Shown one piece after another: positions 47,490 to 59,085 of a stretch of 64,000 nt of DNA. The DNA is from a virus (taxonomy: Duplodnaviria > Caudoviricetes), in IMG/VR virus record IMGVR_UViG_3300027974_001530. One strand, written 5' to 3'. The translations under genes were made by a program, and so were the position numbers. The notes beneath the pieces are model-generated. The model was given only the letters and a program-made list of their open reading frames with translations, ran no database searches and was not told where the DNA came from. Position 1 is the stretch's first letter. Every line of letters starts with the position of its first letter.

Positions 47490-50400
47490 TTATGCACCTA
47501 ATCCTAATCCATTAGCCCTATTAATCGCACTTATTATTTTATTGTTTAATGATGTTTGATCAGATGGTTGTAATTGTAAGTACACATTATCATCAACAAG
47601 ATTAGGCCATGTGGTAATATATAATTTACCAAACCCTTGGGCGATTGGTAATAATGCTGGATTTGTGGTTAATTGGGCGGTAGTTAAATTAGAAAGGAAA
47701 GTATCTCCATTAGGATTTTTAGCCAAACTTAAAAATTTATTAACTAAAACTGTAATTGGATTTGTTACCGAGCTAAACGCCGCGGTTGGTATTATTTGCC
47801 CATTACCACTACTTTGACAATAGTAACTATTTGTTACTCCTGATATATATAAATCATTATCACCTAAATGTGATTGATTTAAAGGTATATTTCCAAAATT
47901 ATTTGAGTTCACTTTAAATGTGGTTCCATCATAATTAGCAATATATCCGATTATGAATATATAATATCTTAATGCAGTATTTTGGTTACCTAATGGTAAT
48001 TTACTATTTACGGTTGTTTTAATTGTGTCAACAATACTTGCTTCAGAAATTACTGTTTGGGTTGATGCGGAGTAGTTAAATACATCAAACGGAGAAACTA
48101 AGAATTGACCACATTGATTTGAACTTGGGGTATTAGGTCCGTTAACAGTATTCATTTTACTATTTTGTTGTCCAATTATGTTTGTTGTTATATTTGCACT
48201 TGTTGTATTTTTAACTTTATTTAAAAGTGGTGTAACAAAATTCTTATATATTGTTTGTAGATATGAATCTTGAGCCGATATCTCATAAACGGGTTGTCTT
48301 GTTCCTGAAAAAGATGTTGTAAAACTTCCAGGTCCAATAGAGTGTGAAACACTTTGTATTTGGTATGGTCCTGAGAACATGGGGACATTTCTTAGGTTAA
48401 AATACATTTTTGGTTGTATTAAAGCATTACCTAACATTGAGACATCACAAGTATATACTCTATATTTGTAAAAATTATACATTGATTGACTTTGTGGAGT
48501 AACATTAATACCTCCCGCCTGATTTGCGGTATATTCTAACATTCTTATTTCTTCTGCGGTTTTTTGACCTGAATTCATATTAATGTCAAAACTTGTAAAG
48601 ATACCTTGATTAAATCTACCAACATCCATATTAAAAGCAACTAATTTATTAGACTGACCCCAATCTTGTTTTTTACTTTGATTTTCCAATAATGGGTTTT
48701 CAGATTGTCTATTAATTTGGAATACGTCGTTTCTAAAGTCACTATTAGGGATATCTAAATTCTTACTTGATTCATTTGCAAAAGTACAAACCATTTTAGT
48801 TTTAGAATTTCTAAAATCAACATTTAAGAATGTACCAAAAATATCATTAGCAATTGACGTTGATCCTTGATTAGATGGGTTTGGTCTTACTGATATATCA
48901 TTTACATCATAATAATTAACATATCCGGCGTAATCCAAAACGGTAAATCCACTCGCCTCTATTAGTTCTCTTAATATTTGCCAAAGTGGTCTATCAGGAG
49001 TTTTTAAAATAGATTCTTCAAGTTTATCTTTCCAAGCAACTACATCACAATAAACTTCACCTGCAATATTTCTTGATGCCCTATCTATAAATAAAAAGTC
49101 TTCAAAAAGAGAATTTTCTTTATAATCATTTCCCGCAATCCATTTATCGTTAAATGCCTTCATTTTTTCCCAAGTCTCAATTCTACCAATATTTCCAGTA
49201 TAATTCGCCCTATTTGGTTGTGGGGTAATAACCTGTGAAGGTAAGTTTTTAAGGACTTCAGGCATTAATGTGTTTATAATATCATTCTTAAACAAATTAC
49301 AACTTTCAAAATGACTATTTAATAATTCTCTAAATTTAAACTCATTAAACGTATTATCATTTAATTTTTGTGTTGCATATATTTTAATTAATGGGGCAAA
49401 ATCTCTAATGTTATCAACAGAAAATGATATATCAAGATCAATAAAGAAATCGGTGATAAATGATCCTATATTTGTATATTCTAACTGAGGTATTGTTGAG
49501 AACCCAACATAGGTCTCTAAAGCTCTCCACTCATCAGGATAGGCATTCTGTGATTGGGCTAAAGTAGTCGTACCGTTTAATGACGGTAAAGAATATGGGG
49601 TATCTAAATTATAGGATTTAGGTACTATCTTGTCCACCAAAGGTAAACTAGTTAAACTATAAAATACTCTTTTATTGTAAAAAGAAGGATTACCATTATC
49701 AAACAATAGATCGTAATTTATAAATTTATTAAGTAAATCATAAACTAATTCTAATTGTTTATCTTTAATTGCGGTAATTGCGTTGTCACTTATATTTTCA
49801 CTTATAAAAACCGATTCAGGTACTTTAAATAATTCAGTTGCTAATAATTGAAAGTTCCTATACTTTATTAAAACCGAATCTTCAGCTGATGGGGTTCCCT
49901 GTGGTGTTTTTATTATGTTGGTATAGTCATATTTTGATTTAGAAAAATTTAAAAAGTGTTCTTCGAATAAATCTAAAACTCTCTTTTCAAAAATAGAAAA
50001 TATTTCGTCTATTTTTGTATATTTTGTAACGTCTCCGTCTATTAAAAAGTTTTGTTGTTTTGACTCATCAAGAATAATACTTTTTAGGTACTCATCTGGT
50101 GAATTAATTCCTAATCTATTATTATCAAAATACCCGTAATTTGGTAATGCCCAAAACATTCTAACAGATCCGTTAAAAACCGCAGGATTATTTTTTACCT
50201 CAACTTTTAATTTTTCTTGACCTTGTGGACCACTAAAACATTCATATTTTGTTTGATTAAAACTAGATCCAAATGATGGGGTAATAAAATAATTTGATCC
50301 TGAATCCTCCTTAATCATTGTTGATAACGTAGAAATCTTTAAAGCTCTATTAGGGTCCGCATCATCAAACCCAAAATCATAATTCATTAATGAGTTATCG

Positions 50401-53400
50401 GATAAATTTAAATACAATTTTTTACTGTCAATATTTTCTTGTATTTCTAAATCAGTATAGTTTTCAAATAGGGTTAACCCATTATAAAAAACATTCAAAT
50501 CATTAATAAGTTTTGGGTAAAACCCTACATTCATTTGAGTTGCAGTTAAAAATCCTGATGTAATATCTCTTTGTAATGATACTTCGGTATTAGCACTTGT
50601 AACTGTGGTGTATCCAGATAAGTTATATATCTTTGATATGTTTTGAGTTATTGGGTCAAAATTTGTTGTGTAGTCAAAATTATCCCAAGGGGTTGTCATA
50701 AAATCAAATCCATTATCAATCCAACTTTTATATCTGTGCCATATTGATCCGTACTTTAAAACCCAAGCGTATGGTAATCTATGTACTGACCCAAATTTTT
50801 TAAAAGTAGCAAACATATAATCCAAATCAGTTGTTGCGGTACCGTCAAGTTTTTTATATTTTTCCCTTAAAGTTGTTAGTGGTAATGAATTTAAAAACAA
50901 ATAGGCGGCTTCTTTATAAGGATATAAATTACTATTTCTAAAATTTTCAACCCCTTTTGAAATTGAGTTAACAAAATATGGGGTATTTAACATTGATGTT
51001 GTTTGGTTATATAACAATTCGTTATCGTACTCAACATAATTTACTGTTCCTTCCGTTAAAAATTGTTTTTCATATTTTTTACTTCTTTCTTCATAAAAAT
51101 TATATAAACTTTGTTTTGTGGTTAAATTTATTGTTGGGTCTGTAACTCCATTATTGTTAAAATATGTAAATGGTCTAACAAAATTAGAATCGCTATTATC
51201 TTTAAAGTTGGCAGTTTGGACTATTGTTGTATTATAAAAAATTGTATTATTAGTATTAAATGCTAATTTAGTGTCTCCACTAACACTAAGTGAGTTTGCT
51301 AAATTTTTATTTACCCAATCAACGTTAACATACGGATAAATGTCTGTTCTATCAAACTCATTATTTTTTGTTGAGTTTAGAAAGTTACCAACGTCTGTTG
51401 AATTTCCAAGAACAGGTTGTGATGGTGGTTCATATGAAGATAAATAGAATGGGGTTTCAGTCACACTTTTAAGATAAGAAGTATTATAAATCCCTCTTCT
51501 AAAATTTTGCCAACTTTCCCCATTACCCTCATTTGAGATGTGTTTTAATATTAATTCAAAGTTTCTTGCATTAAAATTATAGTTCTTTAAAAGTTCAATT
51601 AAAAATGGATTGTCTGTACCTAAAGAATTTTTTATATTCTCGGCTTCCATATCTATTATAACTTTATAGATACTATTTTCATTACTACCACCCCTATTTA
51701 ATTTAGAATAAAAGGCGTAGGTTAAAACTCTTTCATATATTTCATATATAAATTTAACATCTTCAGTACTTGAGAATATTTCAAAAGTTATCGGATACTC
51801 AATAGAGTTTAAAGTTGTGTATGGTAAATTAACTTTTTGGTTCTGTGTTGTTATAAAATTAGTTTGAGCATTCCTTTGTGTGAACCCATAAAGGTACTCT
51901 TCCACAAATTCAACTTCGGGCCAAATATTATAATCGTTTGATCCTGTTTCTGCGGGATAGTCTCCGGGGTATTTTAATTGATAAGTTGTTTTACTCGGAT
52001 TAGAATTGTCTTCCACGATAAATTGTGGCCAAGGAAAAACAGGGGAGTTAGATCTTGCAATCTTAGGTCTATCAACTGAAGTACTGTTAGATACACTATC
52101 TATTATCGCCCTTCTCCTTGTTGGGTCGTCTCTTTTGTTCCAAGCACTTTTATGGACCTCATCCAAAATTCTTAAAAACGCTTCTGAATTGGCTAACAAA
52201 ACTCCGGCCATGTTTTTTATGGTCGGTTTAAACCCAAGATTTAATTCTAAAGTATCTTTAAGTGCGTTTGTTAATTCTTGTTCTATTTCAGTTTTTTTAG
52301 TTTTTAACTGTTTTTCTAAATCATTAATTTTTTCAATAAAACTTTTATCTCCCTCACTTATACCATCAAAAATAAAATAATTTTCTGTCGGTAATTGAGC
52401 CGCGATTTCTGTCTTATATTTAACAAAATTAGGATCGGTATCTCCTGTTGGTGAGGTATTATAGATAAATTGGTAGGATTGTTTATAATCTATAGGATCA
52501 CTAGTTGTTAATATACTATCGTTTTTGTCATAATAAAAATCTTCTAATTTAATATTAAGTGGTATTGTCGATACTGTTGTTTTTCCCGCAATAGTATAAT
52601 TTGCGGTAGCACTAGAACCAAAGGTGGGGTTATCTCCTAATTTTTTTAAATTATCGGATATTATACTTTGTAATTTATTTAAAGTCGTGGCCGTTAATCC
52701 ACCTGTCACTATTTCTTTTTTAAATTTATAATTTTTTACAAAAGTAACAGTGTTATTAGAAGTGTATGAACTTAATACTAATGGAGCTTGTATGTATAAA
52801 TTTTGATTATACCAAGAATCTTTGTTATAATATATTTCATTTTTAAACTCTGTTAATTGGTTAAGATATAATTCAGAATTAGTTAAAGCACTTAAAGATT
52901 CTTGATTTTGATAGTTATTTAATATGTCCGTAATAAACGTTTTAAGTTTTTCTTTAAACTCATAAACAGTATATTCAGGCATATTTTCATCCATCAATTT
53001 TTTCTTTTTATACTCTTTGTAAACCTCCCTTATCTTTTGATATCCTCTTGTTAATTTTGCACTTGATGCAACACTATTTTGGGTAGCAACATTTGGTGTT
53101 GAGGTTACAGTTGCATTTGCCTCATACATGTGAGGTAATGCTAATGTATCGGAAAGTTTAATCTCATTTAATACTGTAAATTGATATGGTTGAAATTTTA
53201 GGTCTATGTTAAAACTTCCTGATTCGGCATCAAATCTACTTTTAAAATCGGATAACTGTAATTTATATCTAATTGCCTTTCCATACCACCCTTTTAAAGT
53301 TAAGGTAAATGGTGGGTATGGAAATTGGAAAAAGACTGCATAGGGCGAATTATCCGCTAATTCAAATAATGCTCTTCCTCTAACATCAATTAGTGAAATT

Positions 53401-53885
53401 GACACTTCAGTTCTTAAACTTGTTTCAGTACTAACTTTAATACTTCTAATCCCTAATAAACCAGTGTCTGTTGTTTGATTTTTACCTTCACTTAAAAAAG
53501 TTTGATTTAAATAAAACTCATTTGAGTTTTTGGGGTTTTTTACCGCAGTTTGATTTGCTTGGTTAACTCCTTGTCCTTGTAAAGCCCCTTTACCTGTAAT
53601 TTGATCTGTATATGAATTATCTAAAAATTTTTTATTTCCAGGGTTTAAAAAATTAATAGTTGCTATTGATAAGTTTTGTAAGTCTGTTGTGTCAGGTGTT
53701 GTCCCAATAATTAATTTTGTTCTTGGTAATACCTTACACTCTAAATTTGCATACATTACCAAATTTTCATGTTTAACTGCACGTTCTTTTACATTACCGT
53801 CGTTATCTATAATTTTATTGGGATCTATAATTATTATATTCTGGTAATCAAAGTCTACTAAAATATTTTCATTTTCAATCGCCAT
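47490..53885 (-). CDS. giant baseplate hub protein (gp27/gp44/VgrG-like) with large insertions
   Basis: N-terminal GIRSIKV...VSISLIDVRG...FTLTLKGWYG and distal CDVSMLGNALIQP...GPYQIQSVSHSI...FTTSFSG hub-like barrels; follows the LysM gene. Confidence 0.6.
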   Translation of the reverse strand: MAIENENILVDFDYQNIIIIDPNKIIDNDGNVKERAVKHENLVMYANLECKVLPRTKLIIGTTPDTTDLQNLSIATINFLNPGNKKFLDNSYTDQITGKGALQGQGVNQANQTAVKNPKNSNEFYLNQTFLSEGKNQTTDTGLLGIRSIKVSTETSLRTEVSISLIDVRGRALFELADNSPYAVFFQFPYPPFTLTLKGWYGKAIRYKLQLSDFKSRFDAESGSFNIDLKFQPYQFTVLNEIKLSDTLALPHMYEANATVTSTPNVATQNSVASSAKLTRGYQKIREVYKEYKKKKLMDENMPEYTVYEFKEKLKTFITDILNNYQNQESLSALTNSELYLNQLTEFKNEIYYNKDSWYNQNLYIQAPLVLSSYTSNNTVTFVKNYKFKKEIVTGGLTATTLNKLQSIISDNLKKLGDNPTFGSSATANYTIAGKTTVSTIPLNIKLEDFYYDKNDSILTTSDPIDYKQSYQFIYNTSPTGDTDPNFVKYKTEIAAQLPTENYFIFDGISEGDKSFIEKINDLEKQLKTKKTEIEQELTNALKDTLELNLGFKPTIKNMAGVLLANSEAFLRILDEVHKSAWNKRDDPTRRRAIIDSVSNSTSVDRPKIARSNSPVFPWPQFIVEDNSNPSKTTYQLKYPGDYPAETGSNDYNIWPEVEFVEEYLYGFTQRNAQTNFITTQNQKVNLPYTTLNSIEYPITFEIFSSTEDVKFIYEIYERVLTYAFYSKLNRGGSNENSIYKVIIDMEAENIKNSLGTDNPFLIELLKNYNFNARNFELILKHISNEGNGESWQNFRRGIYNTSYLKSVTETPFYLSSYEPPSQPVLGNSTDVGNFLNSTKNNEFDRTDIYPYVNVDWVNKNLANSLSVSGDTKLAFNTNNTIFYNTTIVQTANFKDNSDSNFVRPFTYFNNNGVTDPTINLTTKQSLYNFYEERSKKYEKQFLTEGTVNYVEYDNELLYNQTTSMLNTPYFVNSISKGVENFRNSNLYPYKEAAYLFLNSLPLTTLREKYKKLDGTATTDLDYMFATFKKFGSVHRLPYAWVLKYGSIWHRYKSWIDNGFDFMTTPWDNFDYTTNFDPITQNISKIYNLSGYTTVTSANTEVSLQRDITSGFLTATQMNVGFYPKLINDLNVFYNGLTLFENYTDLEIQENIDSKKLYLNLSDNSLMNYDFGFDDADPNRALKISTLSTMIKEDSGSNYFITPSFGSSFNQTKYECFSGPQGQEKLKVEVKNNPAVFNGSVRMFWALPNYGYFDNNRLGINSPDEYLKSIILDESKQQNFLIDGDVTKYTKIDEIFSIFEKRVLDLFEEHFLNFSKSKYDYTNIIKTPQGTPSAEDSVLIKYRNFQLLATELFKVPESVFISENISDNAITAIKDKQLELVYDLLNKFINYDLLFDNGNPSFYNKRVFYSLTSLPLVDKIVPKSYNLDTPYSLPSLNGTTTLAQSQNAYPDEWRALETYVGFSTIPQLEYTNIGSFITDFFIDLDISFSVDNIRDFAPLIKIYATQKLNDNTFNEFKFRELLNSHFESCNLFKNDIINTLMPEVLKNLPSQVITPQPNRANYTGNIGRIETWEKMKAFNDKWIAGNDYKENSLFEDFLFIDRASRNIAGEVYCDVVAWKDKLEESILKTPDRPLWQILRELIEASGFTVLDYAGYVNYYDVNDISVRPNPSNQGSTSIANDIFGTFLNVDFRNSKTKMVCTFANESSKNLDIPNSDFRNDVFQINRQSENPLLENQSKKQDWGQSNKLVAFNMDVGRFNQGIFTSFDINMNSGQKTAEEIRMLEYTANQAGGINVTPQSQSMYNFYKYRVYTCDVSMLGNALIQPKMYFNLRNVPMFSGPYQIQSVSHSIGPGSFTTSFSGTRQPVYEISAQDSYLQTIYKNFVTPLLNKVKNTTSANITTNIIGQQNSKMNTVNGPNTPSSNQCGQFLVSPFDVFNYSASTQTVISEASIVDTIKTTVNSKLPLGNQNTALRYYIFIIGYIANYDGTTFKVNSNNFGNIPLNQSHLGDNDLYISGVTNSYYCQSSGNGQIIPTAAFSSVTNPITVLVNKFLSLAKNPNGDTFLSNLTTAQLTTNPALLPIAQGFGKLYITTWPNLVDDNVYLQLQPSDQTSLNNKIISAINRANGLGLGA

Positions 53886-54198
53886 AATAAAAGTAATAAT
53901 TTTCTATCGTATTTTTATAATCTTGTAGTGAACCAACTAAAGGGAAAGGTACACGTAAAATTGATCCGTCAGGAATATTCCATTCTTCACCCCCAAACTG
54001 AGGGTTTGCCGCTAATACCAACCAACCAAAAAATGGTGTTCCATAATATTGTTGTGATATCTTGTCAAGTCTAGATTGTCCGACTTTATAAATATAGTTC
54101 TTATCTGACGGTTTTGTATCTAATTTTACAAAAGGAACAATATTTTGTTCTCCATTAATTAAAAATTGGTTATACCTATTATAATATTGTAATCCCAT
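53875..54198 (-). CDS. LysM/gp53-like baseplate protein
   Basis: YIYKVGQSRLDKISQQYYG...LVLAANP...IPDGSILRVP. Confidence 0.75.
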   Translation of the reverse strand: MGLQYYNRYNQFLINGEQNIVPFVKLDTKPSDKNYIYKVGQSRLDKISQQYYGTPFFGWLVLAANPQFGGEEWNIPDGSILRVPFPLVGSLQDYKNTIENYYFYYGD

Positions 54199-54199
54199 A

Positions 54200-57100
54200 T
54201 TAATTTAATTTAACTTTACCATCAAAGGTATTTTTTTTATTATCCCAATTTGTTTGACCGTATATTTGAGTGATTTGAGTTTTCTTATCTTTAGATAAAC
54301 TATCATTACTATCTAATGGTTGTGTTTCATATTTTAATCTTCTATTCACATTATCCTCAAATTTAAAAGTTTTTAATTCTTTAAGAATATTGTCATTAGA
54401 ATCTTGTGTCATTTTTTCTTTATCCCTACCGTAAGCCTCCTCAAAATTCACCCTTAAAGCATCATATTTTTTTGTTAGATCGGCCTTTGCTCCTGATATG
54501 GCTTCTATTTCGGGGGTTGAGACAAATTCTATAAACAATAGTTCATATTTATCTTTATTTGTAAATGTTTGTGATAATAATGTGTATAAACGTTTATCTT
54601 CGTCTTTATCTAATTCAGAAAGGGAATAGTCTGTTATTTCAAAACAATTTTCATTATCATAAAATTTTTCATTAGGTAATGGTATTATTTTTAAATCACT
54701 TTTTTCAATCGCATAATCATTTAATTTTTTGGCGACTGTTAAATAATCATCTATCATTTTCTCAAATACTGTAATATCTCCCGTTAAATTATAAATTTTT
54801 ACATTACCATCTGATAATATCTTACCATCAATTCCTGTTAATGTTTGTACGTTTCCTAATTTTTTTGTTGTGACAACATTAAGTTTGTTAAAAGTCTTTA
54901 TTAGGTTTTGTTCATTATCGGTTATAGTATTTATTGGTTGAGCTAAATCTCTTATAATTTCTTTTTCAACACTTTCTACATAGGCCTTTAATTTCCTTTT
55001 AGTGTCTCTAATTATATTTTCTTGACCAGATAAAGATAAAATTTCTTTAAAACAACTTATTAACGAATTTGTTTCATTATCTATATCTTCTTTTATTTTA
55101 GAACTTAGTTTATTTATTCTTTTTTCAAACTCATTTGGTTTTCCATAAAGTTTTGTATCAATTTTACTTGCGGTATTAATTATTGTATTCCCTGAAGAAT
55201 AATTCCTTTCAAAAGTTACTAACTGTAACATACTATAATTAAATTGATCTACAATAGTATTATATTGGTTTGTACTAACATTAATATAATCTCTAGTTTG
55301 ATCTGCCAATTGTGTGTAAATTTTTGTATAATCAATATCCCCACTTTCAGTATCCCCACTTTTAATTGTTGTTAATACCGAACCTATAGTATCTCCACCA
55401 TCATTAGTTTGTTCATTATTAACTGTTGCATTTGCAATAGCCTTATCAACCAACTCCACTAAAGCGTAGTTAAGTTCAGTTTCTTCCGCCCTTTCATCAT
55501 ACATTTCTGTATTTGCATAAAAATTAAACGACAATGCATTTTGTAAACTTTCTATTGGTCTTGCCAATCCGTGTCCTCCAATAAATTTAAGATCCAAACT
55601 AACCTTAACAACCATTGGTTGTATACCAATACCTTCAGGGTTTATATCAAAAAATGGTGCTTCATAAGTTATAGATAAAGTTCCGGGTATTGCCTTAGTA
55701 TGGTAGAAATCTCCAACTCTAATTACTAAAACAGGTGGGGCCCCAAATGTTGTATTTAACGCATCATCATATTTTGGTCTACCATCACTTCCAATAACAG
55801 GAATTGTTTGACCAGGTCTAACACATTGATTTAAAAACGTAAGTCTTGAATTTAATCCTTCAGGTGTCATTGAGTGAAATGCCGGATTGAAGAACTTTAA
55901 TTTATCTTTTAGTGTTTCAAGAACCATCGGGTCACTTTCTTTCAATAATTCAAAATAATCACATTCAGTTAATAATCTTCTTATTAATTTTTTACCTATA
56001 GCCTGTTTAAGTTTATCTTGAATGTCTGTATTTGGTTGTGGTTTAACTGCTTGTGAATTAACTTGGTCAGGAGAACTTTGGTTTACATTGTTTTGGTTTG
56101 TGGGGTCAGTCGAAGTAACATCATCAACTATAGTTATTTTACTAACTATTGCCGCATTTACCGCCAAATTAGGATAACTATAAAGTATTTCTTTTTGAGT
56201 TAGGTTTATTGTAGAACTTAATGGGGCAACTATAGTTTGGTTTGTATTAAAGTCTTGTCCATTTTGTGGTTGATTAGAGTCAAAATAATTTTTTATAGTT
56301 ATTTTTGATAGACCTCCGCTTGCCGATATTGTTAATTTTTTATTATCTATTTCTGATTTAAGTTTTTCAGAAAGGAAAGTTTTTGCGGATTCCGCAAATT
56401 CAATTGTTTTACCTTCAATTTTTATGTCAACAATATTTTTATTTGAGACAATACTTCTAATTCCGGAAATAAAGTCATTATTAATTGAATCGTAATTTGT
56501 TTGTACTATAGTTTTAATAAACGATTCAGTGTTAGATTTAAGGTATGTTGCGTTTGTGTTTCCTTGGATTAAACATTCAACTGGCGATAATGCGGTAATT
56601 GTATTAACATCTGAAATGTATTTTGTTACTTGTTGTTCAAAGTTAAAATTTGTAGTTTCCGGACCAAAATAAAACCCTAAACCTTCATAGTTTAAACTAA
56701 AGTTTTTTTCTTCTTCAGGAGTATTTCCTATTGTATTTGCGTTTTCGGGTGATGTATTTTCTGCCGGTATTTCATTTTGTATTTGATCTAATTCTTCAGG
56801 TGTTAGTCTTGGGTCGTTCAATAAGTTCTGATACATCTCAAGTTCCCTTAGTGGTAATGTGTTAAATTTGGCGGCCAACTCATATAGATCATATTTTGTA
56901 CAACCCGCAATAAATGATTTAACAACATTATCAAACTTTTCTTTACCCAATTTTTCTAATTGTTTATTCACCAATAAATTCATTATAGATGGGTGATCAA
57001 CAACTATTTTAAACCCTAATTTTCCTGTTCTTGTTGTGTTCTTATACGTATATATTGGTTCAGGTCTACCTAAGAAAGGTATCTCGTCAAAGTTTGCCGT

Positions 57101-59044
57101 ACTACCATCACTAAACTCAACATCATATGGTGGAAACCACATAATACGACCTCCGTTAGGTCCTCTTTCACATAATGGTAATTCATCAACAGTAAACCCC
57201 GGTCTATCGGATGTTCTCCAAGCCAAGTTCTCAATTGAGATCATATACTTTTTGGCCCCCTTAGATGTTACATTTGTTGATCCAATTCCTTTTATCGGTG
57301 CAATATTTAAATTATATGTTTTGTCAAGAACTGAATATGAAAATCTTCTATTTTCAGTTGTTATACCTTCTGACTTTTGAAGATCATTAAATGTATAATA
57401 TGGTGTATCTTTAGTAAAAATTCTACAGTATTCTATTCCCGCTTCTTCCCCTGTTGAATTATCAACATATGACATTACTTTAGAACCTTTAGTTATTTCT
57501 TTATACCCATCATGGAATACTTTACTAACTTGATTAATCGCATTACCTGCATGTTTTAATCTTCTTTTACCAAGTAGATTATCTGCAGAATTAACTAATC
57601 TTTGTGTGTTATCTAATATTGAACCTTGTTTTAATCCAAAGTTTGTTGATTCGTTAAATAAGTAAGAAGAGCTTATTTGATTAAAGTCCCCATCTTGGGA
57701 CACTAAGTCCCCCCCTTTTTTAACTTTATATCCTGCGGCCTCTTTAAATCTTGGTGATGTCCAAACAAACCCACCATCAGGTTTTCCTCCGTTTTCAGAT
57801 GCGATACTGTTAAGTCCAAATTTGGCCTCTTCCATTCCGTTACCTTCAAATTGGTTACCCATTTCATCAGGACCAAAGACAATCGCATTTGTTAATTTAC
57901 CATATGAATTAACGGGCACTGCATTTACAGGTGATGTTATATATTCAGGATTATTAATGTCAGAACCTATATAATAACCTCCACTAACTGTGGCTCCAAC
58001 CGCTCTTAATATTGAGTTTACGCCTGCAATTGCTACGTTTCCTAAACCTCCTATTTCATAAGATGGTCTATATAAATTTTTATTTAATAATGAATATAGT
58101 GTAGATATTTGTCCCGCTCCTGTTTGTTCTAATAATCTTTTAGATGGTTGTAAAAATCTACTTGACCCATCCGATAATAAATTAAATGATCCAGCGGCGG
58201 TATTTTGTAAAACGTTTGCAATTTGATTTCCTGTTGATGGATTTCTATTTGAGTCTTCGTCAATAAATAATGGACCAACTAATGGTGATCCAGGACTAAA
58301 GTCTCCTCTTAATCTATCTAAAAATGTTATTGTACTTGATGGTATTGTAATTCTATAATCTCTACTTCCACCAAGACCACTTCCTGCTAAAGCGGAAGGT
58401 GATGTTAAATTTGTATTTGTTTCTCTAAATAATTGTCTTTGTTCTTCGGCCGCAACGTTAGCATTAAAATTTGTCTCTAATTTTGTTGCCGATAATCTCA
58501 TCAAATATGAATCACTTGATAATGAACCGTCACTACCTATAGGATTACTTTGAGTATATAATAAATAAGGATCGTATTTTGATGGTGTAAAAAATATTGG
58601 GTCAAAGTACGGTTGATGAACCTGATTTGCTAATAGAAATTCAGTAACATCAAACATCTCATTAAATCCTCCAATAGGTCCGTACTTGTTTTTACTATAG
58701 GCCGAGTCAATGAAAAATTCATTTATAATATCTAAATTTGTTTCAGATGGGTTATACTCCCCCGCATTTGTTGCGGGTATTATTGGGTCCTGTTGTAATC
58801 CAATAGTATTAACAAATCCACCATTTGGTCCGTATTTGTTTAACGTATAAAATTCATCAGCAACATTTGTTGATCCTATGTTCGGTAAATTTACATTCGA
58901 ATAGTCAGATAATGTTTCCTCAAAGTTTTGTGGTCCTAACGGGGCACTAAACGCACCACTAACATTATAGGGCGGTAAGGTTCTTGAAACTAATGAATTT
59001 CTAAAATCCGAACTATTATTAAAACTTAAACTACTTTCTGGCAT
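54200..59044 (-). CDS. large tail-tube-initiator-like protein with two tube-like domains
   Basis: FPPYDVEFSD...FLGRPEPIYTYKNTTRTGKLGFKI and GAPPVLVIRVGD...TLSITYE...QPMVVKVSLDLKFIGG; located between TMP and LysM. Confidence 0.55.
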   Translation of the reverse strand: MPESSLSFNNSSDFRNSLVSRTLPPYNVSGAFSAPLGPQNFEETLSDYSNVNLPNIGSTNVADEFYTLNKYGPNGGFVNTIGLQQDPIIPATNAGEYNPSETNLDIINEFFIDSAYSKNKYGPIGGFNEMFDVTEFLLANQVHQPYFDPIFFTPSKYDPYLLYTQSNPIGSDGSLSSDSYLMRLSATKLETNFNANVAAEEQRQLFRETNTNLTSPSALAGSGLGGSRDYRITIPSSTITFLDRLRGDFSPGSPLVGPLFIDEDSNRNPSTGNQIANVLQNTAAGSFNLLSDGSSRFLQPSKRLLEQTGAGQISTLYSLLNKNLYRPSYEIGGLGNVAIAGVNSILRAVGATVSGGYYIGSDINNPEYITSPVNAVPVNSYGKLTNAIVFGPDEMGNQFEGNGMEEAKFGLNSIASENGGKPDGGFVWTSPRFKEAAGYKVKKGGDLVSQDGDFNQISSSYLFNESTNFGLKQGSILDNTQRLVNSADNLLGKRRLKHAGNAINQVSKVFHDGYKEITKGSKVMSYVDNSTGEEAGIEYCRIFTKDTPYYTFNDLQKSEGITTENRRFSYSVLDKTYNLNIAPIKGIGSTNVTSKGAKKYMISIENLAWRTSDRPGFTVDELPLCERGPNGGRIMWFPPYDVEFSDGSTANFDEIPFLGRPEPIYTYKNTTRTGKLGFKIVVDHPSIMNLLVNKQLEKLGKEKFDNVVKSFIAGCTKYDLYELAAKFNTLPLRELEMYQNLLNDPRLTPEELDQIQNEIPAENTSPENANTIGNTPEEEKNFSLNYEGLGFYFGPETTNFNFEQQVTKYISDVNTITALSPVECLIQGNTNATYLKSNTESFIKTIVQTNYDSINNDFISGIRSIVSNKNIVDIKIEGKTIEFAESAKTFLSEKLKSEIDNKKLTISASGGLSKITIKNYFDSNQPQNGQDFNTNQTIVAPLSSTINLTQKEILYSYPNLAVNAAIVSKITIVDDVTSTDPTNQNNVNQSSPDQVNSQAVKPQPNTDIQDKLKQAIGKKLIRRLLTECDYFELLKESDPMVLETLKDKLKFFNPAFHSMTPEGLNSRLTFLNQCVRPGQTIPVIGSDGRPKYDDALNTTFGAPPVLVIRVGDFYHTKAIPGTLSITYEAPFFDINPEGIGIQPMVVKVSLDLKFIGGHGLARPIESLQNALSFNFYANTEMYDERAEETELNYALVELVDKAIANATVNNEQTNDGGDTIGSVLTTIKSGDTESGDIDYTKIYTQLADQTRDYINVSTNQYNTIVDQFNYSMLQLVTFERNYSSGNTIINTASKIDTKLYGKPNEFEKRINKLSSKIKEDIDNETNSLISCFKEILSLSGQENIIRDTKRKLKAYVESVEKEIIRDLAQPINTITDNEQNLIKTFNKLNVVTTKKLGNVQTLTGIDGKILSDGNVKIYNLTGDITVFEKMIDDYLTVAKKLNDYAIEKSDLKIIPLPNEKFYDNENCFEITDYSLSELDKDEDKRLYTLLSQTFTNKDKYELLFIEFVSTPEIEAISGAKADLTKKYDALRVNFEEAYGRDKEKMTQDSNDNILKELKTFKFEDNVNRRLKYETQPLDSNDSLSKDKKTQITQIYGQTNWDNKKNTFDGKVKLN

Positions 59045-59085
59045 TATCCAATTTTATTTAATAAATAGAATTTAAGAATGTTTTT

